Source: Gnetum montanum (lineage: Eukaryota; Plantae; Gnetophyta). From it: a stretch of 64,000 nucleotides of DNA. The notes beneath the pieces were generated by a model. It worked only from the letters and a program-made list of their open reading frames with translations, was not told the origin of the DNA and searched no databases. The stretch lies in contig MNCI01001919.1 of NCBI GenBank assembly GCA_015680685.1, positions 342,079 through 406,078 of the forward strand. Reading direction: 5' to 3'. Positions 1-12,371 of the stretch are shown piece after piece; the first letter of the stretch is position 1, and the number at the start of each line of letters is the position of its first letter. The position numbers were made by a program, and so were the translations under genes.

Positions 1-1
1 G

Positions 2-679
2 TGAATGATGTGATGAAGGGGAAGAAGAAGGGGATCCATCACCATGGTGATGTTTCTTGCCTTCTCTTCGGCTGCTTCGGTCTCGATCGTTGTCACGATC
101 TGCATGTCTGTCATTAGTGTGAGTGATTGTTCCTACAGCGAACAGCTTGTGCTCACGGGGATCAGAGCCTGGAATGTGTATCGTTGATCTAAGGCCCTGA
201 TGCCTAACCTTTTCAGTAGAGTGAGGAGGAGGAACATCATTTTCCAAGAAACCCGTTGTGAGGGGTTCCTCGTCTCCTATTTCACTAATGACGTGGGAAA
301 CCTTGCCCTTCAGTAGTGAATGTTGGCTCTCCTGCCTTGCATCCCGAATACGTTGGGCGTTTGTGGGTTGATAGTCCCTTGTATCATGGTCATCCAAAAC
401 GTATTCTGCGAACAGCTCATGCATGCCAATCTGTACCAAGGCACGGAAAAGCATGTTGGGAGCGGATCGATCTGGGGGTAACACGATGTTACCTTGCATG
501 TCTCTCCACCGCAGTTGCTCATCTTGATGGAAAACAAAGGTAAAATCCGGCACATACTCATCGGGATGAGTATATGTGACCTTAGATTGTTGAGGACATG
601 GTTGATCTCGGTTATGCGTATGATGCTGACTTTCTCCTGTATTGTCCTTAGGTGAGTTGATTTCGTGAGAAGAAGCCAT
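2..679 (-). CDS. gag: N-terminal part of gag(-pol) ORF of young Athila-type element Y (runs off window edge)
   Basis: ATG at 679 lies ~130 nt downstream of the PBS. Manual translation MASSHEINSPKDNTGESQHH...PDFTFVFHQDEQLRWRDMQGNIVLPP...GSPSSSPSSHHS has no stop for 226 codons. It is absent from the ORF track because there is no stop in the window. Homologous to the decayed ORF starting at 3493 (NFTFILHQDKQLCWRDMKGNIVL). Confidence 0.85.
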   Translation of the reverse strand, partial: MASSHEINSPKDNTGESQHHTHNRDQPCPQQSKVTYTHPDEYVPDFTFVFHQDEQLRWRDMQGNIVLPPDRSAPNMLFRALVQIGMHELFAEYVLDDHDTRDYQPTNAQRIRDARQESQHSLLKGKVSHVISEIGDEEPLTTGFLENDVPPPHSTEKVRHQGLRSTIHIPGSDPREHKLFAVGTITHTNDRHADRDNDRDRSSRREGKKHHHGDGSPSSSPSSHHS

Positions 680-806
680 TTCTATTGGTGTGCTAATTTC
701 ACCGTTATTTATTGTTCTTGATTAACTGATTAACCCTAAGGTTCGTTTTAAGCTCACAACGATGTGAGTGATATCCCTTATGTTAAATTGGCGAAAAAAC
801 ACTTAG

Positions 807-824
807 TCCCCGGCAACGGCGCCA
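807..824 (-). promoter_or_regulatory. Primer-binding site, tRNA-Asp (Athila type)
   Basis: Minus strand TGGCGCCGTTGCCGGGGA is an 18-nt complement of the plant tRNA-Asp(GTC) 3' end, 1 nt from the LTR end. Confidence 0.92.
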
Positions 825-1106
825 ATGATGAGTGGCGAGGTACCCCTACACTCCACCATACGAATACGAGCGTACACGCGCGATCCGGTCGAACTCCGCA
901 GACTAAATGCCTTAACGCCACAAGAAACACTTGGGGTTAATCGTTCGTTGTCTTCCCAGGCTTGCTTGTATGTGTCACGGTGTATGGTTAAGCAAGTCTG
1001 AGGTATGTGATTTTTTTGGTATTTTCGGCTTATCTTCTATGCTACCAGGAGAAAGGGTTGAGAAAACTAAACTAACTCTAACTAAGATCTAAGTCTAAAT
1101 TAACTA

Positions 1107-1531
1107 GCGTCAGCATCCGTTCCCACTTGCCGGACACACCCTGAACTATGCAACTGCAGCTTACCAAACGCTAATCGTTACTGGGATCGCCACACGTAAC
1201 GCAAGTGCTCGAAGTGGTCGTACTGAGGCACCTATTTAGCCTACGTGTGATAAGCAGCCGATTCCTTAGCCAGCCGTACACACCCGTGGGTGCTCGTAAC
1301 TAAGTCGTACTTATCACACGATCTAGCCTAGCAATGAGCAGCCGATTCCTCAACTAGCCGTACACATTAGACCCGGGAGTTACCAAGCGCAGAATCCTGG
1401 AATACGCTACTGGGTTACCAAGCATCCAATGCTCGTAATTGAGTCGTACTCATGCATTGCGTCAAGCAGCCGATTCCTTGACTAGCCGTACACGTCCGTA
1501 GACGCTCGTAATCAAGTCGTACTTGAACGCA
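1107..1531 (-). ncRNA. Array of four covarying cis-acting RNA stem-loop motifs in the U5/leader of LTR Y
   Basis: Units at 1107-1229, 1244-1320, 1331-1460 and 1458-1531 share near-invariant loop sequences while their paired stems differ compensatorily (see findings). Confidence 0.7.
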
Positions 1532-1599
1532 CTAGGAAAGCAGGAAATAAAGCAATAAATGAAACCACGTGCTGCAAGGTTTATCCAAACAAGTTCGTC

Positions 1600-1780
1600 T
1601 TTATTGCCGTACACAACTTGGGTTCAGGTTACAAGCTGCTCGAATAAAGAGCCGTTCACTCTAGGACTCCTACTGCGGGCACATGGGGAAAAATTCTAAC
1701 TCTGGAGTGATCAATCTGCCAGAGCTTCGCTACACTAGCCAGGATTAGAAAATGAAGGGAGTGCCGCCTCTTATTTATAG
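1600..1780 (-). promoter_or_regulatory. TATA box (1771-1780) and AATAAA polyA signal (1600-1605) of LTR Y
   Basis: Minus strand CTATAAATAA lies ~50 nt inside the LTR start, with GGCAATAAAGAC downstream. Both are also present in the old LTR O (cctatataa ~2578; gacaataaagac ~2754). Confidence 0.6.
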
Positions 1781-1831
1781 AAATGGTGGCGGGACGCGAT
1801 ATCGCGGCCTAGTGTAAATCGCGTCTCATCA

Positions 1832-2476
1832 ATTGTCTATAATTACCTTGTGGGTAAGGCAATATTTTTGGAATTTTCTTTTCTACAAACTTGGAATTCA
1901 AAAAAAAAAGAGCCCCAAGCTCTTGTAGATGTAACATAATAGGGAAATAGCCCTTTAGATCTTCAAATTGACACATGTCACATCCATCCTCCTCCTCTAT
2001 ATTTGAATCTGTAACCTTCTCTACAACAACTATTTCCTCTTTTTGCTGATAAGTATCCTTACCTATTTCTTTGTTCTTTTTCCTCTTCTTGTTTTGATCA
2101 TTTGATCCTATTTGTTTTATCTTCTCCTCTATGATTTTCAAGTTGGTTGTAAATTTTTCATTCATAAAATATCACATCTTATCTACCATTTCTTAAATCT
2201 TAGTGATAGAATTTTGTATTAGTAAGGTTTTATGATAAATTAACTCATTTAAAGCTACCTCTCTTTTTTGATTATAAATATGGATTTTCTTTTTAGAAAG
2301 GGTTGGCTCTTGGTTATATTCCTATATGCTCTCCCTTTTACGTAACTCTCCTTCTTTCTTTGTCACCTATTTTATTAGCCTTTATATTTAATGGGCTCTT
2401 AGTTTTGATAATCTTCTTTGGGCATAGATTCCAAGGGTCTTCCTTGTTTTATTACTAATGAAGTGTAGTTGATTGG
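1832..2476 (-). pseudogene. gag: Decayed Athila-type gag fragment (host of the Y insertion)
   Basis: ORF 1809-2165 (NEKFTTNLKIIEE...CDMCQFED...LPYPQGNYRQ) aligns by eye with the plus-strand gag at ~4830-5490 of element O. It is cut at 1832 by the Y LTR. Confidence 0.75.
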
Positions 2477-3345
2477 GTGTGTCAATGGGCATGCATCGAC
2501 ACAGCCCATCGACACAGCCTCCTTGACATATTCCCATCAAGGCATGGTTACATGCATTGATGTAGATGTAGGTCAAGCCTATATAATTGCATGCATCCAT
2601 CACATTTATGGCACTTTTAGTTAGTAGTATAGAAAAGTTCTTATGGTTTGTTCTTTTATTAGAATATTTTCCATCTAAGTGCCTATAATATGAATTAAGA
2701 GATTGCATGGATCTTTATTCAAGCATCATATACATAAACACTTTGATATGAATGACAATAAAGACAAGACTTCTGATATTCATTGTAGCACTTAAATTAG
2801 ATGAATCTTTCTTAATTAGTACTTTACATGCTTTTTGCATTCTGTGTTATAGTAATTAAAGTAATTAATATAATAAATAATGAACACATAAGTATGACCA
2901 CTTTGAGCATAGCATATAATGCTTGGTAATCCCAACAATGGACATTTGGTATGCCATGTAATTATTACTTGGTAACCCAGTAGTGTTAATACAAGTTCAA
3001 GATATGTACAACAAGTATGTACAGATACTTATGTTAGGATACTTATCTTTAGAACCATGAGATAGTTAGAATAGTTAATTATCAACCATTCATCTTTCCA
3101 CCCAACAATTAAGCTAAAAACGTATAAAAAATATAAATATAAATAAATATCATATTTCTAACTCATACTTAACCATACATAAGAGCATACAAAAGTGAGA
3201 GTTAGGATGATAATGATCATACACTTCCTTTAGTCACATTTTTTGTCTATAGGAACACTTAGGAGCTAAGTCCATGAAATTTGACTAGATTTCTAGCGCA
3301 TGCTTATGATTTGTCTGGTTGGGTGTAGGGACTACTTGTTGCTCA
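2470..3345 (+). repeat. Decayed 5' LTR of O
   Basis: Collinear similarity to the reverse complement of 826-1831 (TATA, tctttattc, aataaagac, ggtgtaggg..ctca end). Start position uncertain. Confidence 0.65.
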
Positions 3346-3349
3346 GAAT

Positions 3350-3367
3350 TGGCACCATTGTCAAGGA
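3350..3367 (+). promoter_or_regulatory. Decayed tRNA-Asp PBS of O
   Basis: tggcaccattgtcaagga derives from TGGCGCCGTTGCCGGGGA by transition mutations only, and follows the LTR end. Confidence 0.75.
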
Positions 3368-3492
3368 CTTAGTTAGCTATGTGCATAAAGTAGAAAAAGA
3401 TAGTGACATTATACAAAGATTTTTTAAGGACTAATCAATGATAAATCATTAAGAAAATAAGGGTAAGCACAATATTTTTTGCAAAAGCTAAC

Positions 3493-6400
3493 ATGGCTTC
3501 TTCTCATAGGGATAAATCTCCACTATTTATAGGTAGAATCAATCAAAGATAGGAGTCTAAAAAATGCCCTAACAACTTCGTGTTGTTTACATCCATCTAG
3601 ATCCCTACAATCTAAATTTCACTTTCATCCTACATCAAGACAAGCAACTATGTTGGAGGGATATGAAGGGAAACATTGTGTTATTTTCTAATTGATCTAT
3701 TCTTACCATGCTGATGAGTAATCTCATCAGGCTTGTCATCAATATACTTAACATAGAGTATGAGGTTCAAGGCCATGCTTACTAGTATTATCACCCCATC
3801 AATGTCTAACAAAATAAGGATCAACATATGAAGGCATGATATGAGACATCTAAGGGTAAGAGGATCCCTCCTTTCTATGATGAGAAGATCCTTAACTAAA
3901 GGTTGTAGTTAACTATGGAAAACCTAGGTGAGGGAAAGAATGATTTTTAAGACTAGGGGGCCTGAAAAGATAACAACCATAGCCACTCATTTAAAAGCAA
4001 GGATAACAACAGCATAAAGATCAAGACAAGTAAGTTGATTGGGATAAGGCTTGAAGAAGAAAAACTAGTAAGGATCATTCTAGTGCTGGTCCTCCTTTTA
4101 TCTCATCCTCATCATCATCCTCATTATCTTTCTCCTCCAACTATGACAAGAGGAGTAGAGGTTAAGTGAGGAAAAAGAACAACTAAAATTGGGATGAAAA
4201 TTAATGATTGGATAGGTATGAACATAGATCCTATTAGTATGAATGAGAAAAAGAATAATGACAACAAAAAAGGGTAGACTATCATCAAGAAAGAAGGCAT
4301 AGCAAGACTTATCATAGAATCATGACCATGATTGGGATCACTAAGATCATTATGACTATGATGATCCTCTACTGGCTACCTAAAACATGTTGAACATTTC
4401 AAAGGAAATTAGAATTCCAACAAGGCACTTTGAATGATAGTCAAATCAAGAGGTTGGATATGAACAATATTTCTAGGTTTGAAGGAGGATACAATTTAGA
4501 TCCATAAAATCATGATCAAGCCTTTCATGATGCTTGTGTCTTATAGAACAAAGAGAATGAATGACAGAAGCTAAAATTATTCCCAAGGATACTCATCAAG
4601 CAAGCTACAAGCTGGTACTAGTCCTTAGGATTAGAGTCCATTTGCTAATGAAGTACTATATCAGAGCTTTTGATGACAAATACCAAATGTACTCTAGAGT
4701 GTCCAACTTTTAGAGATAGATATAAGTATGGAAACAAGGTGATAATGAGTGTGTGGATGCAACCTTTGGCTTGTTCTATTCTTTTTTGCACTAATGCCTA
4801 GGCCATGGATACTTTTAAAGGGGTCAGCTACACCATATCATAGATGGGCTTAGAAATGAAATAAGGAAAACTCTTGAAATCTATGTCCAAGGTAGACTTT
4901 CTGAGCTATAGGTCCATTAGATCTAGGCTAATAGATTAGGTGGCCAAAGAAAAATATGGGCTTAAAAAGTAAGAGAATGTAGAAGAATATAATGGGGACA
5001 CCTCCATTTGCAAAAGGAGGGGGCGGGGGGTGGTTGGTGGTGCATGGGGGGTGCATTTCTGTGATGCTTAAGAGGAGGCACCACTTGATGAAGTTGTGTA
5101 GAAGAAAATCTTATTGATATGAAAATTTTTCATCAAAATATCAGCTAAGATAGAAAAAATGTGAAACTCCTTTAATGAGAAGTTTAAAACAACTTTTAAA
5201 ATTATAGAGGAATGAAGAGATTAAGGAACTAGTGGTTAAGAAAGTAGGAAGAAAAAGGATGCAGACATAGATATTGTAAGAACAAGGATAAAGCAACAGT
5301 AGTAGAGGAGGTTGTAGATTCTAAAATAGATGATGATGGCTATGACATTTGCCAATATGAACATCCTAAGGAATGTTGCCCAATGGTATCATATCTATAA
5401 GAATCTAGGATTTATGCTTTAAATTCTAGATTAGCAAAATGGTAAGCACCCAAGAGATTACCATATTCACAAGGAAACTATAGGTAATAGATCTATGAAA
5501 AAATGTATTATAAAAGTAAAGCGCCTCCTCAAACCTTAAAATTAGTATTAGTAGCGTAAACACCCATAGTCATGGGGGATTCCACCACTATGGAAGCAAT
5601 ATTCTTATCGGTAAATTGATCCTCATGGATACTATTTTCAGTAGCCTATATCTCCATTTGACTCATCTAGCCATCCCTCATTCCTTTACCATTACTACCC
5701 TCTAGAATACAATAGAGAACCTTCTCCAAGGGGGAGCCTCCTTTTCCCTTCCATCCTCATCAACATCCATCAATTCTTGCACCACAACTAACTACATCCT
5801 TTTTACTTACTCCATCCATACAGGGTGAAATGCATGCATAACCACAACAAAAAATTCTACAAAGGTAGTGAATCTATAGTCAAGTATCTATTTGAGTGGT
5901 CCTAAACTCAAGTCTTACAAAAGACCATTCTTTAGAACTAGCAGTCCCATGAAATCCTCATAAACACCTATGGTTGCCAACCTTGTTGCTCCTATCTCTG
6001 AAGATTCTACTAAGCCATCTTCAAACTAAACATCTTTCCAAATCCATACTATCATGTTAAACTATGCAATCATAGATTAGATAAATACTAGCCACTTTTC
6101 AAGAAAATAATTTAATCCTAGGAGTCCCTTCATCTACTTACAGATTGTAGGAAATGAACCATGTAAGGCTCTCTTAGATTTGACTTTCAGAGTTAACTTT
6201 GTTTTCCAAGAAATGTACAAGGCTTGGAACCTACCTCCTTTGAAAAGGAGCAATATCAAATTGAAGCTTGAAGATTAGTCCATCACTATCTCTTTGGGGC
6301 TAGTAGAGGACATTATGTCCATCATTTGTGGGTGGTCCTATCTTGCTAATTTTCTTATGATCCATGTAGAGAATTGTAAGGGTGAATTTCTTATTATTAT

Positions 6401-9400
6401 GGAAAGGGCATGAATAAGAAAAATGAATGCTAGAATTGGAATTTGAAACCTTTCCTTAGAAATTTCCAAGGAAAATGAATTTGATAAAGTTGAGAAGAAG
6501 AGAGTTCCATGCATCGCATATAGTAACATAGGGTGCCATTGCATGTAGAAACTATGGACCATCAAAGATACATTACTTTAATAATGTAATTAGGATGCTA
6601 AAATAGTAGTGATTCAAAGGTTCTTTTATGTAGTAGCCACAGAAGAGGAAGATACCTAATGACTGATAATAGATGACCAAATTGAATCAACTATGTGCAT
6701 GGAACCAGTTGAGAGCCTTACCAACATCTATGTTGAATACATGGATAAAATGGAGTAGCTCCATTTCTAACTCTTTAATGCATAAAGTGTAATGGATTAT
6801 AGAGAGTTGAAGATCTTTGATAACTTCAAATAAGAGCCCCTTGAACTAAAGGTGTTATCAGTAGGCATGGAATATATTTTTCTCAATAATGATAAGTCGA
6901 TGATCATTAATGCTAGACTTGCTCCTAAATAAAAATAAAAATTACTGAATGTGGTGAAAAAATGGCCAATATAATTTTCTTGGTTATATCATGACCTGAT
7001 AGAAATAGATCCATGGATATACCATCACCATATCTAAATAGACTCCTCCATCAAGCCAAAGAGACAACTACAATGATGATTGATCCCCAAACTCAAGTAG
7101 GTGGTTAAGGAGGAGATTGAACAACCTTTCAAGGCTAGGTTAATCTACCTAATTAAAAATAACTAATGGGTTAGCCCACTTGTTATTATTCAAAAAGAAA
7201 TAAATAAAATTAAGGGTTTGCATAGAATTTTGGCTATTGAACATGGCAACTTACAAAGACCACTTTCTATTGCCATTTGTGGACCAAGTATTGGATACCA
7301 TAGTCGGGCATTGCTACTATAGCTTCTTGGATAATTAATGTAGCTATAACCAAGTCTAGGTAGCACTAAAGGACTAGGCCAAAACTAAATTCAAAAGTCC
7401 CTAGGGGACTTTTGCATATAGGAAGATGTCCTTTGGCCTATGAAATGCTCTTGATACACTCCAATGGTTGGTCCTTAGCATCTTTTAACAATAAATTGGT
7501 AGTGGGATAGAAGTATTTATGGATGACTTTTCTACCTATGGGGATACATTTAAGTGAGCCTTCGACTAACTTAAGCAAGTACTTCAAAGACATGTAGAGA
7601 CCTATTTGAGGCTCAACTAGCAAAATGGCCATTTGATGATCCAAGAAGGTAATGTCTTATGGCACAGAATTTCTAGCAAAGGGATTGAGATGAACTCAGA
7701 AAAAGGTACAAGTTATCCATTTGATCATTAAATAAATATAAATGGTAAAAGATATTAGGTCATTCCTTTTTCAAACTAGTTATTACATGTGCTTCATTGA
7801 TAACTTCTTAAAAATCACTAAACCATTGGTGGAACTAACAAGGAAGGATGCATCATTCACTTAGACTAGGGAATGTGAGAGTGCTTTCTAATAGTTAAAA
7901 TAGAAGCTCATAGAAATTATAATTCTATGGGCACTAACTAATTTTGGCCATTGCACATCATGATTGATGCATCCAATTATTCTTTGGGAGCCATGCTTAC
8001 ATTGAATAATTAGAAATGTTTCTACTACATCCATTATGCAAACCAAAGCATTATGAATGCATAATTGAACTACATCATCATTAAAAAGGAGCTCATGATA
8101 GTGATATCAAGTTTTTGTGCACATGGACCATAATGCTATTTGGTTTTTCATGAACAAAATAATGATGAGTCCCTGTGTCATATAGTGGCTCATGATTCTT
8201 TATGAGTTTGACCTTACTAGGGTGGAAAGAAAGGAGACCAAGAATGTGGTTATTGACCAGTTGGCTTGGTTATGATGGAAAAAACAAATAGGATGAAGGA
8301 CCATTATTTGATCAATTTCTAGATGAACTTCTCTTTGCTAGAGTTATTGAAGTTTAAAATCCAAAAGATTGTAACTAGTATGATTACATCCTCTTCTACC
8401 TACTTACCCAAGAGATTCCACATGAATGGAATAGTAGGAAGAAACAAAAATTTCTTCACTAGGCCAAACACTACATGGAAATCAAGAGCAACCTCTATAA
8501 GAGCTATGTTGATGGCTTGGTATGATGGTGTATACCTAAGGCTAAACAACTTTGAGTCCTCTAGAATGCTCATGAAGGCCCTTGTGGGGGCCACAGTGTT
8601 GGGAAAAGAACAACCATTAAAATCCTTAATGTTAAGATATTGCTAGTCCATGATCTTTAGGGATACCCATAAGTTCTTCTTTTCATTTGATAGATGCCAA
8701 AGAGATGAAGGGATGACTGCATGGATGGAAGGGCTCTAATAGTGAATTCAACCATTAGAGCCTTTTGATCTTTGGGACATTGACTTCATGACATTCATCA
8801 ATCCCATGTATAATGAAAATGTGTTCATCATCATTATTGTTGACTACTACACTAAGTAGGTTGAAGTTGCTACCATCACTAATTTTTCTTCCTCTATGGA
8901 GGCATGGTTTATACAACAAAATTTGGTAAACAGGTTTGGTATGCTAAGGGTACTAATTTCTAATAGTGAATTACATTTTATAGATGTTAGTTTTCAAAAA
9001 CTTATGCAATGCTTGGGGGTAGAACACAAACTCACAACTCCATATGACCCCCATGTTAATGGCTAAGCAAAGGTCATTAATAGGGAATAACTAAGATACT
9101 AACATGTACAATTAGTAAGTATAGGAAGGATTAGAGCACCAAAATCAACAATGCTCTTTGGGCTTATTGGTTGGCTTGGAAACTTCCTATATATTATTTC
9201 CATTATGAGTTAGTGTATGGGAAAATTCCAACTCTTCTTATCTAGGTAGAGCTATGTAAACTTTTAAAAGCTTCCGAACTTGATCTTGATTTGCATCTAG
9301 CCCAAAGAGAAATATTAATGACATTAAATATACTAGAAAAAAATGATTAGTAGTCTTATCCATGAATGAATTGCATAAGGCAACAATAAATAATGTCATG

Positions 9401-9612
9401 ATCTCAAAATAAGAAAAGTTAAATTTCAACTAGGAGATAAGGTTATCTATTGGAATTTCATGCATGTACCCCAACACACAAAGTTTCAAATGCTATGGGA
9501 AGAATCTTTCATCATTCATATAATGTTTTCATCTGGGACCATGGTTTACGAGATTGCTAGCCCAAACAAAAAATTATTGATGAACATGCAACAACTCAAA
9601 CCTTTCCTAGAA
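3493..9612 (+). pseudogene. gag-pol: Decayed gag-pol of O (gag ~3493-6000, PR ~6130-6450, RT ~6950-7800, RH ~7950-8250, INT ~8550-9612)
   Basis: Recognisable remnants: KDHFLLPFVDQVLDTIVGHCYYSFLD (RT), IMIDASNYSLGAML (RH), HEGPCGGH..DRCQR and WDIDFM (INT), FQMLWEESF (GPF-like). Confidence 0.85.
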
Positions 9613-10310
9613 TTAAGGGTAATTAGTGGTAAGAACATCTCAACTAATGGCCAAGTACATTCTAACTTTTAGATCTCCTCCCTTCCACTTAGTTGTGGGG
9701 GAGATGGCCATTTATGCTAAGATCTTGTAATAGCTCCTAAATTCTTGAACTCTTTTATTACACTATTCTTTATGTATTTTTCATTTTCTTGAGTATTTTG
9801 CAACTTATTTTAGATATTTTTCCTTGTTTAACTTTTCTTACATGTGTTTTCTTCTTTATCACCATCAAGACTTTGGTGCTTAATATGGTTGCTAATTACT
9901 GGAAGTTCAATTGAACTATACTGCATATCTAGATTGACTACTTAATAATTAGATTTTATCTTTGGATATGACATTGATTTTCTTATGGTATCAGGTAGCA
10001 ATATCATGTCATCCAACCATTCCACTCATCTCCATGGAGTTATTTTATCTTGGAAGCATGAGGTCACTTCTTAATTACATATTATAAAAAAATTAGTGAC
10101 CTTGATACTTAAAGAACTTAGAATGAATTAAGTAGGATAGATAAGGGTGTGGCTTCAAGGGGACTTATCATGTTTTGTACCTACCTACCTTCTTGAGTTT
10201 TATGGGTACTCTCATTGATCTCTCATCATTCCTATTGTCAACCATTAATAGGAAGACTGTCTTTGCATGATTTTGTTACCATAATAAAAAATAAGAAAAA
10301 AAAAACATGA

Positions 10311-10511
10311 GAATTCAAAGCACACCCCTTAGATACAATAATGGGCTATAGGCATTGGTTATGGGGTTGGAAAGACATCTTATCCATGCTTGAAGGAACC
10401 CCTCTAACTAAGGTCCTTCTTAAAATGGGAATTCAAAGCACACCCCTTAGATACAATAATGGGCTACAAGCACTGGTTATGGGGCTAGAAAGACATGTTA
10501 TCCATGCTTGA
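10311..10511. repeat. ~82-bp direct repeat x2 in the 3' non-coding region of O
   Basis: gaattcaaagcacaccccttagatacaataatgggcta...tatccatgcttga occurs at ~10311 and ~10430. Confidence 0.85.
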
Positions 10512-10678
10512 GAGTAGTAAAGAACTCTTGAGGATTGAACAGTATAAACATGCCAATGTGAAGTTATTGGAAGTGGATGGACTTAGTTCCAAGTAAGGAT
10601 GGGATAATATCAAGTTACATTAACCACATGTTTCACAATGAATTCATGTGATTAGGATGCAAGACTCCATTACAACAG

Positions 10679-10718
10679 ACACACACACACACACACACAC
10701 ACTCTCTCTCTCTCTCTC
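10679..10718. repeat. (AC)n(TC)n compound microsatellite
   Basis: Directly visible in the sequence. Confidence 0.95.
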
Positions 10719-11782
10719 ATCGTTCAAATCTTATCATCGATCACCTCATTACCTCCTATCATGGTTAATTAATGTGTCCCTTTTGGCATGTCTTTATTCT
10801 TTGATGATTTCTCATGTGGATTTGATTCTTAATGGTTCATGATCATTAATCATCCTTGGTGCCTACAATCTCCTAGGTATGATGGCATGCAAGGCTATTA
10901 ATGGCATGAGCTTGCTATAGGAAGGATCCACTTGCACACTCTTTGATCTGGTTTAGTTAAACTTCTTGTTCCTTAGTTATTTTGCATTTAATTCCATCAT
11001 TTTCCATAAGAAACATCCAATTTTGCAATCCTTGGCATATGCAATATTCTCCAAATCTCCTTTTCTAAGCCAATCTCATGCCCTCTTTCATGATTTGTCA
11101 TCATTTTAGGGTTTTATGGCTTCCTTTGGACTCTAATTTCATCTTTAAACTCTTCCCCAATACTTAGTTTTTTAATGTGAAGAATTTTTGCAAATAGTTG
11201 CATTGATGCAATGTGATGCATCAATGCATAACAAAAATTATATAAATATGTGTCAACACTTAGCCATTTTTCATAGTTGCAAACAAATGCAAGAGGAATT
11301 TTTGATGTTTTTAGAGCTTAGAAACCTTCCAAATGTGCTAACTTTCAAACTGCTTATCTGATCAATCTTGTTCTTCAATCGCTTAGCTACCAAAAGGTAC
11401 GCTTTATGTCATGGGGACCATAAAACTATGGTTTATGATGAAAAAGTTTTTGGAAGTTTTTCTAGCTCCCTAAGGTTTAACAATTAAAATAACATTACAA
11501 CTCTTATCTACATCAAGTTAAACCTCATAAATAAAATTTGGTAGCTAATGAATAGAATAATAATAAAATAATGAACCTACCACAATCACAATGAACCTAA
11601 GTGTAACTTAATTAAATAAGAAAGGTATAGAAAAAGAACTAAGGATTGCACATTTACTGCTAATTCTTGGTTATGTTTGTAATCACAAATGGTATCAAAG
11701 ATGGAAGCACTAATAGGGGGACCTTTGTAACCATGAGAGAAGTAGCCATGAGGAGGAAGATACCACTAGTAGCCATAGTAGT

Positions 11783-12371
11783 TGTAGCGACTGAAAATGT
11801 TGACGACTAGAATGATCATGTTGAGGGGTCCATGGCCATGGTACAACCCTAACTCTAGCCTCTTTTGAAGGGCCATTGCTAGAGGAAAAAAAATGAAGGC
11901 AAAGCACCTGGGATAATCTTGTTGATCAAACTAGGATTTATAGAGTGTTTTGATGAATGAGTACTAGGGGTTCGTATGGTGTTTTCGATGGTATTAGGGC
12001 TAACTAAGCCCAAGTGTAGTGGGGTTTCCTATTGTAAGAACGATGGTGCAAATGTGAAAATAAGTGCAAAATAGCAAAAAAAATGCCAGTGTAATGCTAA
12101 ATGCCAAAGGAAATGCTTGAAAATGTAAAGGAGTTTCAAGAGAGGAAGAATGGCAGCACCCCAAATAAGGGGAGCATAGTAATTGCAAAGAAGAGGTGAG
12201 AAGGTATGTGGTGTACAAATAGATGCAGTAGTTGCAAGGAAGAGGTGAGAAGGTATGTGGTGTACAAATAGGTGTAGTAGGTAGTGTAGTCACAGTCCCT
12301 AGGGTGTCTAGGTGATGGAAACTGACATTTGTTATGAAGCTTGTGCTTATTGGGTTGGCTACTATGGTGAC
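11783..12371 (-). repeat. 3' LTR of D, distal part
   Basis: Starts tgtagcgac and is collinear with 61009-61548. Interrupted by A after atggtgac. Confidence 0.85.

Larger units (their letters stand above)
826..1831 (-). mobile_element. 5' LTR (1006 bp) of young Athila-type element Y
   Basis: Terminal inverted repeat TGATGAG...CTCATCA and adjacent PBS. CpG-rich. Interrupts a gag fragment at 1832 (outer flank ATTGT; the partner TSD is outside the window). Confidence 0.9.
2470..11782 (+). mobile_element. Old Athila-type element O (5' LTR, PBS, gag, pol, 3' non-coding region), interrupted by D
   Basis: LTR homologous to Y, decayed Asp PBS, and gag-PR-RT-RH-INT order without an extra RNase H. Many stops and frameshifts. 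Left boundary approximate. Confidence 0.8.

Noticed and set aside
1107-1531. Hammerhead (retrozyme), twister or hairpin ribozyme, or CRISPR array
   Set aside because: I saw no CUGANGA/GAAA core or other known catalytic consensus on either strand, and the variable parts are self-complementary stems rather than spacers. Kept as an unknown structured motif.
11690-11701. tRNA-iMet PBS-like TGGTATCAAAG suggesting a further element
   Set aside because: No partner LTR or gag follows. It more likely overlaps the start of O's post-pol accessory ORF. Not excluded entirely.
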